A DNA stretch of 64,000 nucleotides, from assembly GCA_976226885.1 (NCBI GenBank), contig OZ320316.1, positions 68,138,001 to 68,202,000 on the forward strand, given 5' to 3'. A model generated the notes under the pieces. The model searched no databases. It was not told where the DNA came from and worked only from the letters and a program-made list of their open reading frames with translations. The DNA is from Iphione sp. A-MEVVRFRX5 (lineage: Eukaryota). The position numbers and the translations under genes were made by a program. Below, one piece after another: positions 54,282-64,000 of this stretch; the first letter of the stretch is position 1, and every line of letters begins with the position of its first letter.

Positions 54282-55460
54282 CAAAAGGTGGGTCAAGAGA
54301 AAAACTGTTATAACTAGGAAACTATTGCAAATAGAAGGACAGGACTTGAACAAAAATGCTACTGACCAAATGAGGCAGGTGAAAGAGGCAGCAACAGGTG
54401 ACCTAGTCAAAAGGTGGGTAAAGAGAAAAACTGTCATAGTTGGGAAACTATTGCACATAGAAGGACAGGACTTGAACCAAAATGCTACTGACCAATTGAC
54501 ACAGGGGATACAGACAGCAATAGGTGACCTCGTCAAAAGGTGGGTAAAAGATAAAAACTGTCATAACTGGGAAACTATTGCAAATAGAAGAACAGGACTT
54601 GAACCAAAATGCTATTGACCAAATGACACAGGTGAAAGAAGTGGGAACAGGTGACCTAGTCAAAAGGTGGGTAAAGAGAAAAACTGTCATAACTGAAAAA
54701 CTATTGCACATAGAAGGACAGGACTTGAACCAAAATGCTACCGACCGAATGACGCAGGTTATAGATGTGCTAAAAGGTAGTCAAAAGGTGGGTCAAGAGA
54801 AAAACTGTCATAACTGGGAAACTATTGCACATAAAAGGACAGGACTTGAACGAAAATGCTACCAACCAAATGATGCAGGTGAAAGAGGCAGCAACAGGTG
54901 ACCTAGTCAAAAGGTGGGTAAAGAGAAAAACTGTCATAGTTTGGAAACTATTGCACATAGAAGGACAGGACTTGAACCAAAATGCTACTGACCAATTGAC
55001 ACAGGGGATACAGGTGACCTCGTCAAAAGTTGGGTAAAGAGAAAAACTGTCATAACTGAATAACTATTGCAAATAGAAGAGCAGGACTTGAACCAAAATG
55101 CTATCGACCAAATGACACAGGTGAAAGAAGTGGGAACAGGTGACCTAGTCAAAAGGTGGGTAAAGAGAAAAACTGTCATAACTGAGAAACTATTGCACAT
55201 AGAAGGACAGGACTTGAACAAAAATGCTACCAACCAAATGTCGCAGGTGATAGATGTGGCAACAGGTGACCTCGTCAAAAGTTGGGTAAAGAGAAAAACT
55301 GTCATAACTTGGCAACTATTGCAAATAGAAGAACAGGACTTGAACCAAAATGCTATCGACCAAATGACACAGGTGAAAGAGGTTGCAACAGGTGACCTAG
55401 TCAAAAGGTGGGTAAAGTGAAAAACTGCAATAACTTGGAAACTATTGTACATAGAAGGAT
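54282..55460 (+). repeat. 126-bp satellite, about 9.5 units, with 4-mer higher-order structure
   Basis: Unit starts CAAAAG(G/T)TGGG at 54282, 54408, 54534, 54661, 54782, 54908, 55024, 55150, 55276 and 55402. Confidence 0.95.
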
Positions 55461-55489
55461 GGGCCTTCCAGCAAAATGCACTCCCTCGT

Positions 55490-55740
55490 AGCCTGGCGCG
55501 ACTAAGGCGGTCCAGGGTCTACTCTGGGCTGTGGGGGGGAGGGGGTGCCATTAGCACTGGGGGCGGCCTAGCGCGACTGAGGCGGTCCAGGGTGTACCTC
55601 TGGGCTGTGGCGGGGTGCCATTAGCACTGGGGGCGGCCTAGCGCAACTGAGGCGGTCCAGGGTGTACCTCTGAGATGTGGGGGGGTGCTATTAGCACTGG
55701 GGGTGACCTAACGTGACCGAGGTGGTCCAGGGTGTGCCTG
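55490..55740 (+). repeat. 70-bp GC-rich tandem repeat, about 3.5 copies
   Basis: GGG(C/T)G(G/A)CCTA at 55561, 55631 and 55701. Confidence 0.9.
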
Positions 55741-57604
55741 TGTGTTATGTAATAGGTATGGGCAGCTGAGAGCGGACGAGAGTGTGACACTCCCAACCCA
55801 GTTCCCTCCAGCACACTGAGGAGCTGTCACTCAATCTTATCTGATTCCCTCCAGCTCTGGCCTCCTCCCACCTAGACTCAACTTGAAAGAAAACAGAGAT
55901 CTAATTCCGACATAGGGAATCCCATAGGGCTTCAGATAAAGTGGTACTGGAGGCTCAGCCTCCAATTTGGCTCTAACATCAAAGAAGAGGCTCCTCCCCC
56001 TTTTTCTGGTTTCGTGGCTGCATATAATGGAGGTCCTCCTATCTGCTGACCTAACATTTGCAGAGCAGATATGACCTCCATTGATTAAACAAACTGTGCA
56101 GACTTGACCTCAGAATCATCATCCAAGGGGGACTTGACTGGGATAGGTACCAAGGAAGCATTCTCCTCCTCGTGCGAGCATTGAAAGCTGGAGCAGAGCA
56201 TGTCAGTGAAAGACAAGAACTCCCCATGGAATTCTGACAGCTTTCATGTTAGATAATAACTAAAACCAGGCTCATCCCTTAAACCTGTCTTGGACTGTCT
56301 CAACATCCACAACATAAAGCTAGTGTCTGTGATATGGTTTTGAGGCAGGGTTTTTTTCTCTCTCTGGCAGGTTAACTGGCCTGAACTGAGTTAGCTCTAA
56401 AGGCACCTTTTTTTTTGCTAGGGAGGCTGACCCCTGGCTACCTACATCATGAAAGGAAAATATTGCGATTAGCAAGGCCAGATCAAGGTTAGTAAATGTT
56501 GCCCAAAAAATTACTTAGTTTGCAAAAACAGGACTAAATGTCTGAAATTCACTTTGTGCAACAAGGGAAGTGCCCAATATCTAAACCCTTAGATGCAAAT
56601 AAGGGATCACTCATTAACAACAGCCGGGCATGCAGCCCTTCCATCAGTGCACCAGTGCAGATTGGGGTTCACTTGATGACAGCAGCCAGGGATGCAACAC
56701 ATTCATCAATGCACAACACAGCAGTTGTAACACAACAGGTGTGCAAAAGATAGATTCTTTCTATTGGCAGGCCAGATAAAGCCACACGAAGGCACAAGTG
56801 AACTTTTGCAATTGCCTATAACATAATTCACCAAAATTTGGACATGTAAATACACTGGGTCAAAAGAAATCCTTGGCTAAGCAAACTAGATCACTTTTAG
56901 ACAAAGTCCCACATATTTGGGTCAAATGTAGACAAATAAGACCAGAGTTATGACATGTGAGTCAGTTTTAGACAAACTTGAAACAAAAATGATGCAAGCA
57001 GGTCAGTTTTCAACAAATCATAGCAAAATCATGACATATGGAGATCAGTCTTAGGCAACTGTTTGACAAAAATGATGATGGGGTCAGTTTTTCAACAATC
57101 TGACATATTTGGGTCCAAAATGATAATTCCTGACAATATTTGACATATTTAGGTCAGATTTTCTTTTGCAAAAACATGATGAAAAGACAACTGGTGAACT
57201 AAGGAAGTGCAAAGGAAACATGGAAGCACAAATTGACAAAAAATAGTTTTAAGACAAAACGTTAAATATCGATATCAAATGGATCATAAATGCTTCCTAC
57301 TGATTGATTTTATGCAATACAGTAGAGTCTTAATTTCCAACCACATCGATTTATAACAATTCTTGCTATTACCACCATTACAGCTTGGTACAAAAGTCTA
57401 GATTTATATTATTAATCATTATCTATTTACGACCAAACTTGCTATTACAACCATTTTGGCCTGGACCCAACCACTGGTCAGAAATCAAGATTCTACTGTA
57501 CATATCAACAAAGTTAAATAAATGATGATAGTGGAACAAAATGGTCTAACCTCACCTTAGCCGCTTCATTAAAATCACCACTGATATTGCAGTGTACCAC
57601 ATGA

Positions 57605-58164
57605 CAGGGTTCCCACTCAAATTTCATTTTCAAATTCCCTGTGATTTCCCTCTGTTTTCCCTGTACCATGGCAGTTTTCCCTGTGTTGGTTTCTATACAA
57701 CTTTATATGGCAGGACTTTAAATTTTCAAATTATAATTTAAGTTTGTTGTTCTCTAGCGCGTAATATGTATCCTTTTTGTTTCTTAAGTTACAAAGGTCC
57801 ACTGACAGGTACAGGATCGTGAAAATTAGAACCATAAATTCTTTTATATCCTAAATTCCATGACTTAGACTAATTCTAATGTGAATAGGTCATCATGCTG
57901 TCAGAAAGCCAAAGGAAAATAGAAGCAGTTAATGTTTGTGACTGCCATGAAGTATTTCGGACTATTTGATGATGTATGGATAATTTTCTAACTAATGATG
58001 TTGACCTTGTCTTAAAGGAAAAAAGATGTTTTATTTTTATTTTCAGAATTTTTTTCCCTGTGTTTTCCCTGTGTTTGCCCCAAATTTTCAAATTTCCTGT
58101 GTTTTCCCAGACAGGGAATTTTTTTTGCCATGTTTCCTGTTTTCCCTATGCAGTGGGGACCCCG
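57605..58164. mobile_element. Non-autonomous TIR element (hAT-like termini)
   Basis: CAGGGTTCCCACT...AGTGGGGACCCCG; subterminal TTTTCCCTGT repeats; ACATGA directly flanks both ends. Confidence 0.7.
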
Positions 58165-58911
58165 ACATGAATATCTCAACATAGAGTTAGAGTTAATATG
58201 TAATTTATGACATAAATCTACCCCTGAAGTGAGCTAGTGCCACTTCCAGCCAGCTTTTGTTTTGGTTTTGTCTTGACAAGGCAAAGTGAGTGATATTACG
58301 GGACTCTTATCTTTGCGCCATTCAAAAGTAATGAAATGTAATTCCTATAACCTTCATAGTTGCAGCAAAGGATTCTTATTATATTTTATCAGCACCTTTG
58401 GCACTTGCACTCGCATGCACATACACACACACAATATATATATAACATAGTTCACCCCCCTCCCCCTGTCTCTCACCCTGAGGTGGAGGGATAGCACTTT
58501 ACAACCCTCGGTTATGGTTTACTGCGCATACAGAGGTGTAGCGATAATATTACACCCTACTAAAAAAATAGTGCCACAGTTTTGTTTTTTTTTTTATATA
58601 TTCTACTTTCTACCTCTAAACATATGGTAGGATCTATTAATCTAAAATGATTAGCATAACATGTGAGAGAAAACAAATCATGAAATTTTATAAGGGTGTC
58701 ATACACATAACATCTTCTATGGCTGGACCGTCTTTCTGGCAACATTTTATATAGGTAGTGTAATAAATGTCATTAAAATTATTTTATTATCCAACAAGTA
58801 TTTCTATATTTGGAAGCAATTTTGGAAGAGACAGTCCTCCCTGAAAAATAGGTTCAGTTCAAAGGCATTTCTCTAATGAATAAAAACATCTCACAGACTA
58901 TAATTCAGGAT

Positions 58912-61900
58912 GTAACTTGGGACGCATACTACTTGATAGGTAGGGGGTGTAAATGATGAGACGAGTCCATATTGGTAAAAAAATGGGCACAGACCGTCCC
59001 TTTACTCAGAAAAAGAAAGCAAGCGAGCGAATACAAGTGGTAGCGGCAGTACATGGACCCTTTATAGCTATGCGCGAGGGCCATCTGACGTTTCCTGTGA
59101 ATTATACACACGTACAACATACCTGTTGTATAATTCATGTCGTAACTCGGGATGCATACTACTAGATAGTTAGAGAGTGTAAATGATGAGATGAGTCCAT
59201 ATTGGCAGAAATATGAGCACGGACTGCCCAGAGTCCAAATCAACCAGCAAAGGTAGCTACGATGCGAGCGTCGACGCTGAGACAATGAGCAGGAGGAGCG
59301 ACCAGACAGGCAAGGACCGACATTGAGGCCCAATCACTGGCTGCCCTGATGTCGTTGAAGGCAACACACACACGGTGCATGTGGATGGCCGCCCCTCTCT
59401 GCAGACTGTGGAAGCCGACGTCCTGGCCTGGGCAGCGGACCTGACTGGCCCACCGCTTGAGCCAACGCAGGGCCATCAGGTACGGTAGTTGGCAAACCAT
59501 AAACAGCAGGTCAGAGGGGGTGCTGGTTGTATCACATAGGTACCTCAACAGCCAGTGAGCCACACACAAAGCCTTGAGGTGGCAGCGAGCCAGGGGGATC
59601 TCCAGGACACACTCCTGGAACTGAATCGTCTTCGTAACCTTCATCTTGATGAGAACTCAGCATAACATGAAAGTCAAAACCCCACCTCATTACGGGATGA
59701 AATTCTGCACCCCTGGCCTGGGACACGTTGGACCAGTGCAAGAAGCTTCTGAAGCATAAGCATATAGCAGACCATGTCAGCACCTGTGTCCTATTGGAAA
59801 AGTCAACAAGCGCAAACATGGCCAGCAAGGGTGACGGCAGCAATGGGGCCTTGAACTTTACTTGGCAGCCTAGTTCCCACTTCAAGCCCCGGATAAGGAA
59901 CTGGATGCTGACCACTTGGCGAAAATCACGAGGAAGGTTAGCATGTCTGTGCATCCATATTATCCCCGATAGATAAATGTCAATTGTAGAGAAGGATAGC
60001 TCTGTTGATAGGTGGGCAAGAAACCGAGCCAATGTGAGGGGGGAAGCCGACAGTGCGCACAGATGGTAGGTACTGCAGAAGCCCGAGAACCTGCACCACT
60101 GAGACATCCTAGCCTGGTTCGTGGATGCAGTGAATAGCAGTGACTCCAAGTAGGTACTTCTCCAATCCACCACTGCCAGCCCTGCAACACAGAACAAAGT
60201 CCCTTAAGTGTGCGAGCCCCTGTAATCTGTATCTGGACAGGCAGTTAGCATGAGTTGGAATATGGCGGGCAGTGATATGAAAATCATTAATGGCTTACAC
60301 CCAGAAGATTAATCTCAGAACAGCCATGGCTACTGGGTCATGACATGTTCCTGAGTTCAGGGCGAACTTGAGTCCCATATTGTCCATGTACAGAACAACA
60401 TGATGCAATGACCACGCAGGGCCCCATCGCAGCACCGCCATCATCATGGCAACCATCTCTCTGGTGAACATAGAGTCCTCAGCTGTGTTAGTAATCATGA
60501 CAGCCTGTCAGTGGTTGTGTCCTCCTGCTGAGGGCACTGAATGGGGAGTGATGCCAAAATCCTCCAGCTGCCAGTCAGCCGACCATGTAGCTCCATACGA
60601 CTCCATACTGGCATCTGTTTTCACACAATACGTGAATGGGTCATGCGGAACGATCATCTTGGCCTTGACATTGAAAGTGAAACTCTGAATTCAGGTGGAC
60701 CCTGCCCATACTGCTGGCCTGCTCCGTGGTCAGGATGTTGATGATGTGGCGACAGAAGGTGTGCCCCCCTGACCACTGATGTACAGTGGTTGAGGGTCCC
60801 CACCAGTCTCTGCAGCTGCTTGGTCGTGGCCCTGTGCCAGTCATTAAAGAAGGCCAGGTCTCTATGTATGGCCTGGAGTTTGGCCTTTGGGAGCCTGAAG
60901 CACATCTCTGCTGTGTCAATTTCAATCCCCAGAAACACACATACCTGACTGGGGGAAAGCAATTTGTGCCAACTTTTGTGGAACCCAAAGCTCCACAGGA
61001 GCACAATTGTCACCAGCTGGTGGTCAGCACACTCCCTGAAGGTCGGGGCAACAACAAGGAAGCAGTCTAAGTATTAAGGCATGACACTCCCCTTCAACAA
61101 AGACAATGCTCAATAAAACAACTAATGTGATCAACAAGCAGAGGGCCATCCTTGCCCCAAAATATAGGCAGTTATCCCTGAGGAAATAGTCTAGGCCCCC
61201 CCAGCGCCACCCAGTGTGGAACCCATAGCAGACCCCATCCAAGATGTAGTCACAGTCTGGACTGTCATTCATAATGAACGCATGGTGCCAAGCCGACGGT
61301 CAAAGCTGAGACCTGATGCCCCCAATGTAGTGCTTGGCATTGGGGTCCCATGCCTCCCTCAGCCCTGGGTCAGTGAGGATGGCAGCCACATCAGGTGACG
61401 ACACCACACTCTTGTACCCATCCGACACTACCACCCAGGGCCCACGCAGGCCCCTTACCAGCTGCAGGTGTCCTCGTCCCTCCTTCTGCTCAGGCATTCT
61501 ATCACCTTGTGTGGCTTGTGACATGCAGAGCACACGTGGAAGCGTCTGCAATTTGTGAAGGAGCATTCATGTCTGTTAAACTGCCAACAGACGTCCTGTA
61601 GGAACGAGTCCCACTCCTCCTGCTGGCGCCTGTCCCGATTGTTCCTCTCACTAATAGAGTCTCCCATGAGGTAGTGGGCAACGCTGTCGGTGTCTGCCAC
61701 AATCCAATCTGCCTACTCACCTGTGAGCACCTTGGTGGTTACGGCGTGCTCATAACGGGAGAGGTTTTCTGCAGAGTTACCCCTTTTTGACCCCTACAAA
61801 ACATAGGTGACCCAGGTAGCCAAAGCAGGGAGATTAGACTTCAGAATATGCGTTAGCACACTAGACATGCCATACATTAATTCCCTAAAGAGCAGTTTGC

Positions 61901-62700
61901 CGTGTGAAACCTCCCTAGGAACATGGACCTCAGGGCAGAAACGGCTGGCTGTCTTTTCCTTACCGTCGGTGTGTGCCTCCATATCCACAAGATTCCTGTC
62001 CTCCGCAAACTGCCTGGTCCTTTGCCCTGGCACCGGGAAGTTGAATGTGTCAGTATGGCTCTGTTGACTTGGGCCTGCCGATGTACAAATTAGCTGGCCA
62101 GTGGGGTTGGCTGATGCACTACCCTTTGTCGGCCCCCTCACAACCGTTGTCAGGGACACACTGGAGCTGTTGGAAGTGGCGGCAGGGTTGTTCCTGGTGC
62201 CCGCTGCTCCAGATAGCCCTGATCCCAGCGAGAGGAGGGCCCTCTTAGCCTGCCTGATTTCCTACAGTGGTTGAGCGACCCATTATTCCTCAGATTCCTG
62301 GGTGCTGACCAATTTGGCTTGCTCCCGGTCGATCTGCTCAATGGAGCCACACTATGTACTCTGGTGAGCCTCGCCACGGTTCCTTCTTATGAGTACTCCT
62401 ATCTTCCCAGGACATTTGGAACAGCAGAGCATCACCAGAAAAATCCTTGGTAAGACTGCTAGCACCTAGTAGGCTGTGGTTGGAATGAGCATTGTCAACA
62501 TCTGGGCACAATCCAGCCCAATTGGGGGTTGGTGGCAATCGCCACAGGCGCTACAGTTGACACTCATTGAAGCAAGCAAAGCAAGCAAGCGAATACAAGC
62601 AGTAGCAGCAGTGCAAGGAGCCTTTATAGCTATGTGCAAGCACCATCTGGCGTTTCTTCCAAATTACACATGTGTACAACTTACCCGTTGCATATATTTT
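58912..62700 (-). mobile_element. Ngaro-like tyrosine-recombinase retrotransposon with split direct repeats A1-ORFs-B1-A2-B2
   Basis: Gag CWQFNRHECSFTNCRRFHVCSACHKPHKVIEC; RT FLGIEIDTAEMCFRLPKAKL..LQRLVGTLNH; RH TDAS and DNM; YR ORFs 59532-60197 and 59240-59644 (GFHSLQRG..DWAS). A repeats at about 62575-62700 and 59010-59140; B repeats at 59142-59229 and 58912-58999. Confidence 0.9.
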
Positions 62701-63359
62701 GCTTATTTAAAGTGTTCTTCTTTAGTCCAGTAATATGTGTGGCAAAAGATTTTCCTCTGTCTGTAGTTACACTACCTATATAAAACGTTGCCCGAAAGTA
62801 GTCAGGCCATGGGGGCTGCCATCTCATTCTCATGTGATTATACCAAAATACATTATTTTTGTTTGTACACCATCCATAAAGATATTATAGGATAAAAGAA
62901 GGATGATTATTCATCTTCTGTGTTTGTAATGCTTAAATTACTAAAAGCATATGACATATGTGGCCCTATTTTCTACACAGAGTGGTATATTCCTACTCCC
63001 CCTCTGTTCAGTGAAGCAGAACTGAGGTTGTAAAAGGCCAGATGAGTCTGTACTTTGACCCCTACCCCCTCCATCTCTGACACCCCCCCACCCCTCACCC
63101 CTCACCCCACAAAACTACACACACACTCTTACCAACCAGTGCAGGCGCCGAAGGCGCTTGTATTAGATAAAATACAAGCACTGGAATCAAACATGTTGAC
63201 AACTGTGAACAGAACAGGAAGTACGCTTGAATTGAATAATAGTTGATCTGTACCATGGTCAAGCTCCCTAAGTAAAATTTTACTTTACCGGTCCTGTCGG
63301 AACTACTTATGTGGTGACTGATTGAAGTAGTATTAAAACATGCAGAGTTAAGAGATATA

Positions 63360-63900
63360 TGGTTAACCCCAACCCTAACCCTAAAGTAAAATTGCTAGTT
63401 CTAAACTGTGGGGGGAAATCCCCCACACCCCCCTTACCCTTGGATTTTTAGTAAAATACAATGTAGTACTAAAGAGGTATATGTCTAACACTAACCCTTA
63501 ACCTAACTCTTAACGGTCTATAAATATATACAAAGTTTTTAAAAAAAAAGCAGAACTGATTAACTCAGGTGTGGAACAAATCGACTGGGACAGAATGACG
63601 CCAGGACAAATTGACTCTAACCATCTGCAACCCAAGTGACTACCCCCAATCGGATTCATGGTAAAAACCTGCCGATTTTGCTGACACCTCATGTTTCTAC
63701 CCCTTCTCTGTTGTAAATCTTTGGGCTACAATGCACTTCAGCATTGTACCCCCGAATCAAAGATGACGACCGTGACGTAACCAGGGGGGGGTTGGGGCAA
63801 AGCGCCCAAAATTTAGGGAAATAGAAATTAGGGTTAGCGTTGAATTTATAAAATCAACAAAGGGGTTAGGGTTAGTATTAATACTTAAAATGAGTTTAAA
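63360..63900. repeat. Degenerate telomere-like (TAACCC/GGGTTA) tracts in opposite orientations
   Basis: AACCCCAACCCTAACCCTAA at about 63365, CTAACACTAACCCTTAACCTAAC at about 63485, TTAGGGTTAG at about 63828 and GGGGTTAGGGTTAG at about 63863. Confidence 0.5.
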
Positions 63901-64000
63901 ATGGATTTTAAAGGCTCTTGTCATTGTCAACGTCATTGTGGCATGATTCAAAATGGCAGGGGTAGGCCGCTATACTGCAGTTGCTCCAATCTTTGCAGCT

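Noticed and set aside
54156-55452. ORFs of 100-155 aa as a protein-coding gene
   Set aside because: Produced by the 126-bp tandem array; frameshifted between units, with no start, stop or splice support.
55900-56350. Possible additional DIRS gag N-terminus on the minus strand
   Set aside because: Too decayed; no diagnostic motif could be read with confidence.

Overview
AT-rich eukaryotic (metazoan, probably marine invertebrate) genomic DNA; nothing here looks prokaryotic. Two host genes can be reconstructed by hand. (1) A plus-strand IQ-motif gene with 27 phase-consistent coding exons from 1295 to 48773 (about 1,417 aa, three IQ motifs). Its motifs match my recollection of vertebrate IQCM. 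(2) A two-coding-exon UQCRQ/QCR8 gene (cytochrome bc1 subunit 8, 83 aa) on the minus strand at 51018-51792, tail-to-tail with the first. Introns and flanks are packed with decayed mobile DNA: a Polinton/Maverick-like segment (integrase-chromodomain, minor-capsid-like, small Cys/His-motif ORFs) with an adjacent intronless LRR-transmembrane gene remnant, an internally deleted Gypsy element with a single LTR, about four DIRS1-like tyrosine-recombinase retrotransposon copies, a Ngaro element with a full split-direct-repeat layout, LINE fragments, a tRNA-derived SINE, MITEs, a foldback hairpin and a 126-bp satellite with 4-mer higher-order structure. All homology calls come from motif recognition without database searches. 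No clearly new complete system is proven. The best candidates for follow-up are the LRR-TM gene beside the Polinton genes, the repeat-spacer MITE, the DIRS terminal repeats that mimic exons, and the higher-order satellite.
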